A stretch of 41,153 bases of DNA from Candidatus Zixiibacteriota bacterium (GTDB lineage: Bacteria; Zixibacteria; MSB-5A5; GN15; FEB-12). Below, in pieces: positions 16,377 to 26,884 of this stretch (the stretch's first letter is position 1; each line of letters begins with the position of its first letter). The stretch is from NCBI GenBank assembly GCA_024275255.1, contig JAJRZL010000164.1, positions 1-41,153 of the forward strand. The letters run 5' to 3'. The translations under genes were made by a program, and so were the position numbers. A model generated the notes under the pieces. That model ran no database searches and had not been told where the DNA came from. It worked only from the letters and a program-made list of their open reading frames with translations.

Positions 16377-18275
16377 TTAGAACTCATATTCGGTATCATC
16401 CCGCCCTTTAAGGCACTCTTGGTTTGTAGGATCACATTTAATACATTTTTTATACCATGTGTTGGCATTCTTGAAGTCGTCCTTCTGAGCCAGTTTCTTA
16501 TCCACTGCCCGTAAATGATAACACTGGGCAATCCAAAGTACAAGAGCAGGGTCGTCTGCGCAAGGTCCGGAATTATCTTTTTGCAGGCAGGAGTATGCTT
16601 TTTTCAGATATTTCAAGGCTTTTGTATAATTTTTATTACAAATCCCGCCGAAATAAGCATATCCAAGCGATTTCAACGCATCACAGCTATTCGGGTCAAC
16701 GGTAAGTGCCTGCTCGTAATATTTCACCCCTTTGGCACAATCAGTAAGCTGGTACAGGTAAGTATTCGCAACCATCAATATTGCCTTGAGGTCATTTGGT
16801 TTGAACTGCAAATACTGATCCATAAATTCGGCAGCTTCCTTGAACAGTTCTTCCGGTTCAGCGGCAGTTTCACCACTACCTTCATCAAGCTCATCCCCAA
16901 GGTCACCCTCACCGGCATTATCGCTGGCACCGTTTGCCAGGTTCAAAGCGGCATAGCTGGCATTTTTAAAAATCGAAGCGTTGGTGGAGTCAATACCCAT
17001 CTCGATTCTTTTCTTATAGTACTCAAGCGCCTGGGCATAGCTCTGCATGGAGTGGTAGGCAACTGCGATATTCTGCAATACCCGCTTCTGATTGGGATTC
17101 ACTTCCAGCGACTTTTTATAATACGTGACCGCTGTCGCATAATCTCTTCCCGGTTTTCGATAGTAGTAACTGTATCCCAGCAAACGGTATAGCTCTGCTT
17201 TGCTGACACGGGACTTGTAATTCTCATCCTGTTGAGCCGCCCATTCAATATGCTTTTTCAGCATCTCAGCAGCTTTTTCATACTGCTTGGTCCAAAACAG
17301 CGACTTGCCGTAGTAAAAATAGATATCTTTCGGTACGTATGGAATAGAAAGCACTTTTTCAAAATAGTTGGCAGCTTCTTCAAAACCGGAGAGATTGACA
17401 TAAGACATTGCCAGTTCAAAAAATACCCGCACATGAGCAGAATCCGGCTGGGCGTTGGAAAGCTCCAGATACCGACGATACGAACCGATTGTCTCCTTGA
17501 AACGCTCTACCCGGTCTTTCCCGCGCGCCGAAAGAGCAGCTTTGAAATATATTTCACCCGCTCTTCTCCATGCCGGGGCATGAGTGCTGTCCTTGGACAA
17601 GACAGTACGCAGCTTTTCAAGAGCGCAGTTATAATCCCGCATTTCAAGACAGGCTTCCGCCCAGTGGAAATAAACCTCAAGACTTGCAGTATCTATCTGC
17701 AAAGCTTTTTCATACTCGGATATCGCCAGCGATGGCACCCCGCCATAAAAATTGGCATCGCCAAGGTTAATATGGTACTCAGCATTATCGGGATCACCAA
17801 TGAGTGCTTGTCGGAAAGCCAGGTCCGCTTCCTGGTATTTCCCCTTTTCCATCATAACCAGCCCGTAGCCATTTTCGAACATGTATTTCATGTCCTTTTT
17901 GGCTTTTTTCCTGCCTTTTTCCATCACTTTCTCGGCTTCGTCAATCTCACCTAACTTCAGGTAGCACAAGCCAAGATAGTATAACGACTCATAATGTTTT
18001 TTCTTCTTTTTCAGAGCTTTCTGAAACTGGTCACGTGCTTTTTCATACTCGCCTTGATTGTAATAAATCCTGCCGAGCATGTAGTAGTTATAATGGTATG
18101 ATTTATCCAACTCGATTTCCTGTTGGAGCAGGCTAATCGCTTTGGTGGTGTCACCAGCTTTCAGGGCATCGGCTATGGTTTGCTTTAATTCTTCGGCTTG
18201 CAGCACTGAAAATATCATTACTATTACCAGCGCACATAATCCAAATACTCGTGTTGTCGTTCGTTTCATCTTCAT
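16377..18275 (-). CDS. Secreted tetratricopeptide-repeat protein
   Basis: Signal peptide; many TPR motifs (YMLGRIYYNQGEYEKA, YHINLGDA..A...YEKAL); Cys-rich C-terminus. Confidence 0.88.
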   Translation of the reverse strand: MKMKRTTTRVFGLCALVIVMIFSVLQAEELKQTIADALKAGDTTKAISLLQQEIELDKSYHYNYYMLGRIYYNQGEYEKARDQFQKALKKKKKHYESLYYLGLCYLKLGEIDEAEKVMEKGRKKAKKDMKYMFENGYGLVMMEKGKYQEADLAFRQALIGDPDNAEYHINLGDANFYGGVPSLAISEYEKALQIDTASLEVYFHWAEACLEMRDYNCALEKLRTVLSKDSTHAPAWRRAGEIYFKAALSARGKDRVERFKETIGSYRRYLELSNAQPDSAHVRVFFELAMSYVNLSGFEEAANYFEKVLSIPYVPKDIYFYYGKSLFWTKQYEKAAEMLKKHIEWAAQQDENYKSRVSKAELYRLLGYSYYYRKPGRDYATAVTYYKKSLEVNPNQKRVLQNIAVAYHSMQSYAQALEYYKKRIEMGIDSTNASIFKNASYAALNLANGASDNAGEGDLGDELDEGSGETAAEPEELFKEAAEFMDQYLQFKPNDLKAILMVANTYLYQLTDCAKGVKYYEQALTVDPNSCDALKSLGYAYFGGICNKNYTKALKYLKKAYSCLQKDNSGPCADDPALVLWIAQCYHLRAVDKKLAQKDDFKNANTWYKKCIKCDPTNQECLKGRDDTEYEF

Positions 18276-18392
18276 TATGACTCATCCCCTTACGGGCTTT
18301 GCAAATAAGCACCTATTAATATGACTGATTACCATAAAGTCAAGCGAATTATTTCCATTCTATAACTTGGTTTTTCAACAATATGTTTCCGG

Positions 18393-18578
18393 TTACGTTT
18401 CCTGAACAGCAGCGGTGCATTGTTCCACTCGTAAGAAAAAATATAACAAGGTGACAACAGCCACAATCAGCCGAATCGTCGGTGATAATACCGAGGTAAA
18501 ACCTATCTGAATGTACAATCCTGTCAAAAGCATAATCACCGCCGAAAATAAGTTCAACAAACGGGTAATTATTTCCAT
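18393..18578 (-). CDS. Small two-TM membrane protein (61 aa)
   Basis: GGGAGGT RBS upstream of ATG 18578; two hydrophobic helices. Confidence 0.55.
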   Translation of the reverse strand: MEIITRLLNLFSAVIMLLTGLYIQIGFTSVLSPTIRLIVAVVTLLYFFLRVEQCTAAVQET

Positions 18579-18670
18579 TTCCCCTACCTCCCTTTCAATT
18601 ATACAGTTTACAATCAAAAAACTTCCATAGCGGTAAGATGGTGGGCACGGCAACACACAGCATAGTTTAT

Positions 18671-18687
18671 TACAACAATCATGCCAA
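18671..18687 (-). promoter_or_regulatory. Possible sigma54 (-24/-12) promoter
   Basis: TTGGCATGATTGTTGTA versus consensus YTGGCACGNNNNTTGCW; -12 is GT rather than GC. Confidence 0.35.
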
Positions 18688-18889
18688 CTATTGATGTGAC
18701 AAATTGTTAGGGTCGTTTTCGCATTGTCGCACAACCTCATAAGAAAAATCCATTTCATTAATAAAAAGATGGAGAAAAAAATAAACGCAGAACCTGCGCC
18801 ACCTGAATTGGTCTATTTTTCAAGAATATGGATGCTATGGTATTATATACGTATGACTTATACGAAAAACAGGATAAAAACGAGATTTA

Positions 18890-19996
18890 TCACCATTTAT
18901 AATCTATTCGTATCTTTCCACTACTTATGAATATGATATTAGTTAGTCCGCCATAAGAGACTGGTTGTCCATCATACGTTATGGCAGGATAAAAAAGCAT
19001 TTGCTGCTTCAAATCTCGTATTATTTGACGATGTGCTTTATCCAGTTTACTGAAACGTCTAATCTCAACCTGTTCCGATGAATCCACCACGATAAAGGCA
19101 CTGATAGTGTCATGATAAAACATTCTCCTGTTTATCACCTGGTACACATCACCGGGTAATTTACGCGGCAATGGTTTCTGCATCAATCCCACCGTGTCAG
19201 GAATAAGTTGCACCCGGGCTTGTTCTAATGGTGACAAGGAATTAATCCGCTCCGCTATCCACGGTGTTGTGGGGTAATCAAGCTGAGGAAAATACGACAC
19301 AAGCAGGAAACAGGTCGATGCTACCGGCTGGTTGTTAACAGTTGCCGGTTGGTATTCCGCCCACAGGGAAGCGGACTTGGTTGTTTGAGTGTATGACGGT
19401 AATGTGGAGCGAACTTTCTGTACATCAGTCGGCTTTCCCTCTTTATCAAGCTGAAGCTTCAACAGTACAAACGGATATATGCTGCTGGAATCAATCGCTT
19501 TCCTGTTACAGAAATACTTGGGAAACATCACCAGTTTTGGAGGGTTTATATTATTCAAGTCGTACGCATAAAAATATAGTCCCCGGTCTTTTATCTCCCC
19601 AAGGGAATCGACCGGAAAAACAAAGGCGGGATATTTTCGTGCCGGCTGAAACGTTATGATAACCGGCAACCGGGCGTTTGTTTTTTTGCCGTTCATGGCA
19701 GCCGGCGTAAAATGTACCGAACGGAGATACGGCTCAACATATTGAGCAAATCGTGTATCCTGACTGTCTGCTGGTTGTACCTGTTCCGGGACACCTGAGT
19801 TATTGATAGCAATAATCATGGTGACTTGTCGTTCATACGTTGTGTAGGGCGGGTTTGACGGTGGGGTAAACCGGTACGGCATGTTATCCGGTACGGGCAA
19901 CACGAAACCAAAATACGACGGCAGTTCCCCTGCATATCCAAATGAGAGAGCACTGAGGAAAATAATACCTGTCAGTATCCAACAATATCGTCTCAT
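18890..19996 (-). CDS. Secreted protein with three tandem TonB C-terminal-like domains
   Basis: Signal peptide (GYA|G); three repeats ending FTPAAMNGKKT, YQPATVNNQPV, FYPAITYDGQPV; start reassigned to ATG 19996 (GGAG RBS). Confidence 0.65.
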   Translation of the reverse strand: MRRYCWILTGIIFLSALSFGYAGELPSYFGFVLPVPDNMPYRFTPPSNPPYTTYERQVTMIIAINNSGVPEQVQPADSQDTRFAQYVEPYLRSVHFTPAAMNGKKTNARLPVIITFQPARKYPAFVFPVDSLGEIKDRGLYFYAYDLNNINPPKLVMFPKYFCNRKAIDSSSIYPFVLLKLQLDKEGKPTDVQKVRSTLPSYTQTTKSASLWAEYQPATVNNQPVASTCFLLVSYFPQLDYPTTPWIAERINSLSPLEQARVQLIPDTVGLMQKPLPRKLPGDVYQVINRRMFYHDTISAFIVVDSSEQVEIRRFSKLDKAHRQIIRDLKQQMLFYPAITYDGQPVSYGGLTNIIFISSGKIRIDYKW

Positions 19997-20112
19997 AACT
20001 TGTAATACTCCGATTTTATAGTTCTCTTTCCTGTATTTATTATACAAATTCACTATGTTTGAAAAAAGATAAAAGATAACACAGAAATACCAGGTGATAC
20101 ACACTTCATATC

Positions 20113-21633
20113 ATGTTGAACATTAGCCGACAATTTTTAAGCAATATTTTCTCCTCGTGGGTGGCGTATCTCGTTCGTATGGGTATCACGTTCTTTTTTG
20201 TTCCGTACGTTATTCACACCCTTGGAGGAGAACGGTATGGTATCTGGGTTATCATTTTTCAAACAGTCTTTTATTTTTCCTTTTTCGACTTGGGACTAAG
20301 TACCGCTCTGACCCGGTTTGTTTCCCGCTTTCTCAGCAAGCACGACTACCGGCAAATCAACAAGGTACTCAACACCAGCAACCTGATTTACCTGGTGCTT
20401 GGTATCCTGTTGATGGCTGGTGTGTATGTATTTGTGAAACTGTTCTTCCACTATTTCAAAATCACCGATCCGGCATTAGTCGATGAAGGCGCTACCGCCC
20501 TGTTGATTCTGGGGATATTCCTTGCCTTTAATTTTATTGCTCGTTCATTCGGTGACAGCCTTGGTGCTTTTCACCGGTATGATATTGCCAATGTCCTCAA
20601 CATCTCCGAAGAAATAATCCGCACCTTGCTGATGGTATTCTGTTTGTGGCAGGGATATAGTTTGATTGCCCTGGCATCGGTCATATTAATAGTATCTGTA
20701 TTGAAACATATCCTCTCTACGGTCATTTTACTCAGGCTTCATCCGCAGGTCGTCTTTTCGTTCCGCAATTTCGATTATCACACCGCCCGCATGTTGTTTA
20801 CGTACTCAAAAATCGCCTGGGGCATTTCCCTGTGCTGGCTGGTATTGTACAATACGGATACATTTTTACTGGGGCTGATGAGTTCTCCCCTGGCAGCGGC
20901 AATATATTACCCGGGAGCGCAACTGATGCGTCCTCTTCGCAATGCCATAAACGCTATTGCTGTCCCGCTGCTTCCGGCGGTCTCACACATTAACGAGACA
21001 AGAGAACGAGCCGACATTCAGCGTATTTATTTCAAGGTTGTCCGGTACGTGTCATTTTTTGCGTTTATCGTTACTGCTGGTGTGTTGATTTATGCCGATG
21101 ACTTTGTGCAACTGTGGCTCACTCCGGAATTTTCACAAACTGCCGTGATTATGAGGATTCTTGCGTTGGGGACCGCCTTACTACTCCCACAAATAGCAGG
21201 GAATGCCATTTTGTTTGCTATTGAACAGCACCGGAAATTGTTGTTGGTACTATTGTGTGAATCGGTGATAAAACTGGTCCTGTCCGTTATTCTTATTCGC
21301 ATGTATGGTGTTATCGGCATGGCATTGGCAACTGCTCTTCCACAAATCCTGCTATTTACAACATTATACCCCTATCTCATGGCTGATGCGTTGGGAACGT
21401 CGTATCATCGAATAATGAAAACTATTGCGGCATCATCTCTCCCGGCTATACTCGGGGCAATACCGGCAGCGTTTCTTATGCGATATATTTTCCCCCCACA
21501 TAATTTTGGTATCTTTTTTATCAATGTTGGTGTTGTCCTTCTTGCCGGTGGTGTTATCAGTTATTACCTGTCTGACAAGGATGACCGGTTGCGATTGAAA
21601 GATTGGTTCCGGCAGATAGCAGTTAACAGGTAA
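20113..21633 (+). CDS. Oligosaccharide flippase (Wzx/MOP superfamily)
   Basis: About 14 TMs; LG.ERYGIW, FDLGLSTALTRFVS, NTD.FLLG, YGVIGMALAT motifs. Confidence 0.85.
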   Translation: MLNISRQFLSNIFSSWVAYLVRMGITFFFVPYVIHTLGGERYGIWVIIFQTVFYFSFFDLGLSTALTRFVSRFLSKHDYRQINKVLNTSNLIYLVLGILLMAGVYVFVKLFFHYFKITDPALVDEGATALLILGIFLAFNFIARSFGDSLGAFHRYDIANVLNISEEIIRTLLMVFCLWQGYSLIALASVILIVSVLKHILSTVILLRLHPQVVFSFRNFDYHTARMLFTYSKIAWGISLCWLVLYNTDTFLLGLMSSPLAAAIYYPGAQLMRPLRNAINAIAVPLLPAVSHINETRERADIQRIYFKVVRYVSFFAFIVTAGVLIYADDFVQLWLTPEFSQTAVIMRILALGTALLLPQIAGNAILFAIEQHRKLLLVLLCESVIKLVLSVILIRMYGVIGMALATALPQILLFTTLYPYLMADALGTSYHRIMKTIAASSLPAILGAIPAAFLMRYIFPPHNFGIFFINVGVVLLAGGVISYYLSDKDDRLRLKDWFRQIAVNR

Positions 21634-21734
21634 ACAACTATTCTCGCAAATGCACTTTTTAAGGTTGATTATATATTATCCCGCTTGTAGTTTTGTCTAT
21701 AGTAACGTTAATCATTTTTCAGAGTATCAACATT

Positions 21735-23450
21735 ATGTATGAACTTGCATACCTGCAGGACCTGGTCATTATTCTCATTTTCGGAGTAATCATTGTTACA
21801 ATATTCCATAAATTAAAGCTCCCCGCCATAGCAGGTTTTATTTTCTCAGGAGTGCTGGTTGGTCCGGAGGGGCTGGGGTTAATCGGTGATATTCACAAAG
21901 TTGAAATCCTTGCTGAACTGGGAGTCGCTTTACTGCTTTTCAGTATCGGGCTGGAGTTTTCACTGGCAAAGCTCAAACGCCTTTGGAAACTGGTTGTTGC
22001 CGGCGGCGCTTTACAAGTCGGGCTGAGTATAATTATTGCTTTTGCTATTTCAAGATTTTTCGGTGTCCCTCATAACTCCGCCATATTTGTCGGTTTCTTA
22101 ATTGCATTATCAAGTACCGCTATCGTCATGCGGGGACTGCAACAGCGTGGGGAAATAGATGCTCCTCATGGTCGTTTGATTTTAGGAATATTGATATTTC
22201 AGGATTTCAGCGTCATTCCGATGATGCTCACTATCCCGATTCTTATCGGCGCCGAAGTACCGACAAAAGACAGCGCTTACCTGTTTACTTTCCTGCAGGC
22301 GATAGGAATAATAACAGCAGTCTTATTTGCCGCCCTGGTGATTGTCCCCCGCATACTGAACTTTGTCGCCAAAACCAGGCAAAGACAACTATTTATTCTG
22401 ACAGTTTTTCTTATATGTATAGGTACGGCGTGGTTGATAACAAGTTCGGGAGCTTCTCTTGCTATCGGAGCCTTTCTGGCAGGTTTGATTGTCGCCGGGA
22501 GTGAATATCGACATCAGGCTATGTCTGATTTACTGTCTTTCAGGGAGGTTTTCTCAAGTATCTTTTTTGTCTCGATTGGTATGTTACTGAATCCGACAGT
22601 CATCATGGAAAATATTTTCGTAATTGTAGTGATTCTCGTAGCTATCCTGATTGGAAAATTCCTGATAGTTTTTATTACCGCAAAAATAATGCAAATGTCG
22701 CTGAGAGTTTGCCTGATGGCTGCTGTGGCTTTAGCCCAAATCGGCGAGTTTTCTTTTGTGCTTTTGTTTGCCGTTCAGGGAAACGACTTTATTGATAAGA
22801 CACTGGAAAGCAGTCTAATTTCAGCCGCAATTCTCTCCATGTTCATTACCCCGTTTGCCATGTCACTCGGTCCTCGTCTGGCGGCGGGCATTGGAAAGCT
22901 GCCTCGTTTGAACAAGCTCCTCGAAGTACGAATGACAGAAGATGCTGTTGACGCTGTCAGCACCATGCACAATCACATAATTATCGGAGGATACGGTTTT
23001 GCCGGGAGAGAGCTTTCCATAGCCCTCGAAGATATTGGCATTCCACATGTTATTGTCGACATCAATATAGAAAACACACGGAAAGCTTCAAAAGAAGGAA
23101 AAACCGCTTTTTTCGGTGATGTTACCAGCCCGGATGTCCTTACAAAACTGGGAGTGGAACACGCCAGCGAGCTGGTGCTTCTTGTAAACGATCCGAATGC
23201 AGCGGAGCAGGCAGTGCGCGTGGCAAAGAAATGTTCACCGAACCTGCATATAGTAGTACGTACACATTACCTGATTGATATTGGACCAATTCTGGCTGCC
23301 GGTGCTGATGATGTCGTATCGGCGGAGCAGGAAGCAGCCGTTGAGATAACATCACTGGTGCTGAACCGGCATAAAATTCCCACTCAACAAATTATCGAAA
23401 AAAGTCAACAAATCCGTTGCCAGACAGAAGAGGATTCCTCACCGGGGTAA
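21735..23450 (+). CDS. CPA2-family cation:proton antiporter with TrkA-N (KTN) domain, KefC-like
   Basis: AELGVALLLFSIGLE, LSSTAIV, LIFQD, LAQIGEFSFV, IIGGYGFAG; ATG 21735 preferred over the TTG start at 21693. Confidence 0.9.
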   Translation: MYELAYLQDLVIILIFGVIIVTIFHKLKLPAIAGFIFSGVLVGPEGLGLIGDIHKVEILAELGVALLLFSIGLEFSLAKLKRLWKLVVAGGALQVGLSIIIAFAISRFFGVPHNSAIFVGFLIALSSTAIVMRGLQQRGEIDAPHGRLILGILIFQDFSVIPMMLTIPILIGAEVPTKDSAYLFTFLQAIGIITAVLFAALVIVPRILNFVAKTRQRQLFILTVFLICIGTAWLITSSGASLAIGAFLAGLIVAGSEYRHQAMSDLLSFREVFSSIFFVSIGMLLNPTVIMENIFVIVVILVAILIGKFLIVFITAKIMQMSLRVCLMAAVALAQIGEFSFVLLFAVQGNDFIDKTLESSLISAAILSMFITPFAMSLGPRLAAGIGKLPRLNKLLEVRMTEDAVDAVSTMHNHIIIGGYGFAGRELSIALEDIGIPHVIVDINIENTRKASKEGKTAFFGDVTSPDVLTKLGVEHASELVLLVNDPNAAEQAVRVAKKCSPNLHIVVRTHYLIDIGPILAAGADDVVSAEQEAAVEITSLVLNRHKIPTQQIIEKSQQIRCQTEEDSSPG

Positions 23451-23483
23451 TTGTTTCATGATGAACTTTTTATTTCATCACTA

Positions 23484-25436
23484 TCAATCTTCCTCATAGC
23501 GGCGCTGTATACGGGCTAACACATCCGGGTCTGCCAGCGTTGTCGTATCACCGAGGAGTTTACCGGTGGCAATATCCCGTAAGAGACGTCGCATTATCTT
23601 ACCGGAACGAGTTTTGGGTAATTCGGGAGCGTTGATAATACGTTCGGGTCGTGCAATGGCTCCGATTTTGCGGGCAACAAAATCTCTTAATTGCCGGGAG
23701 ATTATATCATCAAACGTTGTCTCTCCCCCAAGCGTAACAAAAGCAACCAGACACTGCCCTTTGAGTTCATGCGGGATTCCCACCACCGCCGCTTCCACTA
23801 CGGCATTGTGTTCCACCAGAGCAGATTCAACTTCCATCGTGGAAATTCGATGCCCAGCGGTATTGATAACATCATCAACGCGCCCCAGTATCCAAAAGTA
23901 TTTATCCTTGTCTATTTTCGCCCCATCTCCGGGGAAATATATTCCATCCCACTTTGACCAGTAGGTTTCTATAAATCGTTTTCTATCACCCCATATTCCC
24001 CGTAACATTCCGGGCCACGGCTTCGTAATCGCAAGATACCCGCCACCTTCTTTAATTTCTCTGCCCTGTTCATCAAGTATTTTGGCTTCGATTCCCGGAA
24101 ACGGCCGGGTTGCAGAACCGGGTTTGGTAGCGGTAACACCCGGCAAAGGAGTAATGAGTATATGCCCGGTTTCCGTTTGCCACCAGGTATCAACAATGGG
24201 GCATTTTTTATTCCCGATATGTTCATAGTACCACATCCAGGCTTCGGGATTAATCGGCTCACCGACTGTGCCAAGCAAACGCAACGTGCTCAGGTCATGT
24301 TTCCGTGGAAATTGCTCACCCCACTTCATAAAAGCACGGATAGCAGTAGGTGCCGTGTAGAAAACAGAAACGCCGTAATCTTCAACAATTTGCCAGAAAC
24401 GATCTTTGTCGGGCCAATCCGGCGCTCCTTCGTACATAACCTGTGTCACTCCCATCGCCATAGGACCATACACGATATATGAATGTCCGGTAATCCAACC
24501 GATATCGGCAGTACACCAGAAGACATCATCACCTTTGACATCAAACACATACTTCGTTGTAGCGTACACACCGGTTAAATATCCCCCGGTAGTATGCATG
24601 ATGCCTTTTGGTTTTCCGGTTGTTCCCGAAGTATACAAGATGAAAAGCGGGTGTTCACTGTCAACAGAGACAGGGGGGCAGTGAGCATCGGCTTCCTGCA
24701 TCATGCGATGATACCAATGATCGCGCCCTTCCTTGAAACGCAGCAAGAAATCCCCACGCTTGATAATAATCACATCGGTAACCGAGGGACATTCATTCAG
24801 AGCAACATCAGCATCATGTTTCAATGGAATAATCTGCCCTCTTCGATATCCACCATCAGCCGTGATAAGCAGCTTGGCTTCCAAATCCAGAATACGGTCA
24901 CGTAATGATTCAGGAGAAAACCCACCAAAGACAACTGAATGGATAGCGCCAATTCGGGCACAGGCAAGCATGGAAATAACCAGTTCCGGTATCATCGGCA
25001 GGTAGATAGCAACACGGTCTCCCTTGCGAATACCCAAACTCTTTAGTACGTTTGCAAATTTACAGACCTGCTTATACAGTTCATAATACGTCAGCGTTCT
25101 CCTGTCGCCGGGCTCGCCTTCCCAGATAAATGCCGCCTGGTTCTTGCGTCCTTCCTCAATATGTCGGTCAAGGCATGACTCGGTGACATTCAGTTTACCG
25201 CCCACGAACCATTTTGCATCGGGAGCTTTCCACGTCAATCCTTTTTTCCACTTTTTCTTCCATACCAGTTCCGAGGCAAGGTTCTCCCAGAACTTCACAT
25301 AATCTTTTTTTGCTGTAGTATATATTGATTTTTTCGCATTCGCCTGCCTGGCAAAGCTGCTCGATGGTTTGAATTTCCGTTTTTCTGTCAGCAAGGTATC
25401 GATAGTGGCTGCTTTTGTTCCTTTTTTAGATAGCAT
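23484..25436 (-). CDS. acs: Acetate--CoA ligase (AMP-forming acetyl-CoA synthetase)
   Basis: [37 protein letters not shown]. Confidence 0.95.
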   Translation of the reverse strand: MLSKKGTKAATIDTLLTEKRKFKPSSSFARQANAKKSIYTTAKKDYVKFWENLASELVWKKKWKKGLTWKAPDAKWFVGGKLNVTESCLDRHIEEGRKNQAAFIWEGEPGDRRTLTYYELYKQVCKFANVLKSLGIRKGDRVAIYLPMIPELVISMLACARIGAIHSVVFGGFSPESLRDRILDLEAKLLITADGGYRRGQIIPLKHDADVALNECPSVTDVIIIKRGDFLLRFKEGRDHWYHRMMQEADAHCPPVSVDSEHPLFILYTSGTTGKPKGIMHTTGGYLTGVYATTKYVFDVKGDDVFWCTADIGWITGHSYIVYGPMAMGVTQVMYEGAPDWPDKDRFWQIVEDYGVSVFYTAPTAIRAFMKWGEQFPRKHDLSTLRLLGTVGEPINPEAWMWYYEHIGNKKCPIVDTWWQTETGHILITPLPGVTATKPGSATRPFPGIEAKILDEQGREIKEGGGYLAITKPWPGMLRGIWGDRKRFIETYWSKWDGIYFPGDGAKIDKDKYFWILGRVDDVINTAGHRISTMEVESALVEHNAVVEAAVVGIPHELKGQCLVAFVTLGGETTFDDIISRQLRDFVARKIGAIARPERIINAPELPKTRSGKIMRRLLRDIATGKLLGDTTTLADPDVLARIQRRYEED

Positions 25437-25633
25437 GGTATTCTCCAGTCAATACGGATTCTTTCTATCTATATTATATAAAAACAGGCATGTTTGAAAT
25501 CAACAATTATCGTGTGGGCTTTATCAGGAGAAGATTGATGAGGGAACCATACTACAGGAGTCATGTACTCCTGACCATGATAACAAGATACATCAGGGCA
25601 GATATAGTGACCTGCCCAAGATGTGAACACGCC

Positions 25634-26845
25634 TTATTGCGATACCTGCTCTGAAACAATCCGCAACGTATCACGGGCAATCATCAGCTCTTCGTTAGTG
25701 GGAATTACCAGCACTTTTACCCGGCTGTCGGTTGATGATATTTCCGTTTCCTCTCCTTTCACCGCAGCATTCTTTTCGGTGTCAATTTCAAGTCCAAGGT
25801 AATCCAACCCTTCACAACTCTTTGCTCGCACATCGGGGGCATTCTCCCCCACCCCTCCGGTAAAGACCAGGGTGTCAAGCCCGCTCATTGCCGCCGAGTA
25901 AGCACCAATATATTTTTTCAGACGGTAGCAAAATACATTGAATGCCAGTTGTGCCCGTTTGTTACCGCTGTTTGCCGACTCAATTATTTCCCGGACATCG
26001 GAAGAAACCCCGGAGATACCAATAAAACCGGAATGTTTGTTCAAAAGGGTGTTGGCTTCATGGAGAGAAAGCTCCTCACGAGCCATGATATGCAGGATAA
26101 TCGCCGGGTCCATATCACCGGAACGGGTACCCATCAGCAACCCCTCAAGCGGAGTAAATCCCATCGAAGTATCAATAGATACCCCGCCGTCAATTGCCGC
26201 CACCGAGGCGCCGTTTCCAAGATGCGCCGTAATTAACTTCATTCCTGACAGCGGTCTCCCAACCATCGCCGCCGCCCGTTCACTGACGTACCGGTGTGAC
26301 GTACCATGAAACCCGTACCGGCGAATCCCATATTTTTTATACAGGAGATACGGGATACCATAAATGTAAGCATAATCGGGGATATGATGATGAAACGCCG
26401 TATCGAACACTGCTACCTGAGGAATGCCCGGCAGTGTTTTCATACAGGCGTTGATACCGCGGATATTATGCGGATTGTGCAGAGGGGCAAGCTCTATCAG
26501 TGAACGCAACTCCGACATGAGTTCCTTTGTAATCAATACCGACTCGGTGAATTTTTCTCCACCGTGGACGACCCGATGACCGACTGCCTGAATTTCCGAG
26601 CGGTCCGAAATGACTCCATGATTTTTTGACATCAAGATGGATACGACATATTCAATGGCAACAATATGATCGAGAATTTCCGCCGTTACTTTCGTCTCCG
26701 GACGGTCATACGGTTTATGAGTCAAGACGGATGCCGACATTCCTATTCGCGCGACATTTCCCTTTGCCAGCGCAAGTTCCTGTTCCGTGTCGATGAGCTG
26801 ATATTTCACCGACGAGGACCCACAATTTATAACGAGGATTTTCAT
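25634..26845 (-). CDS. ackA: Acetate kinase
   Basis: MKILVINCGSSS, GHRVVHGG, APLHNP, FDTAFH, YGFHGTSH, TNEEL; start at second ATG by family consensus and RBS spacing. Confidence 0.95.
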   Translation of the reverse strand: MKILVINCGSSSVKYQLIDTEQELALAKGNVARIGMSASVLTHKPYDRPETKVTAEILDHIVAIEYVVSILMSKNHGVISDRSEIQAVGHRVVHGGEKFTESVLITKELMSELRSLIELAPLHNPHNIRGINACMKTLPGIPQVAVFDTAFHHHIPDYAYIYGIPYLLYKKYGIRRYGFHGTSHRYVSERAAAMVGRPLSGMKLITAHLGNGASVAAIDGGVSIDTSMGFTPLEGLLMGTRSGDMDPAIILHIMAREELSLHEANTLLNKHSGFIGISGVSSDVREIIESANSGNKRAQLAFNVFCYRLKKYIGAYSAAMSGLDTLVFTGGVGENAPDVRAKSCEGLDYLGLEIDTEKNAAVKGEETEISSTDSRVKVLVIPTNEELMIARDTLRIVSEQVSQ

Positions 26846-26884
26846 TTGGTACATCTCCCTAACCGAACTGAATCAAGCGCCGGT

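Noticed and set aside
16515-17954. Long antisense ORFs (225 and 240 aa) opposite the TPR gene, and similar ones opposite hbd, dxr and tonB
   Set aside because: Shadow ORFs of well-supported genes with no motifs or RBS
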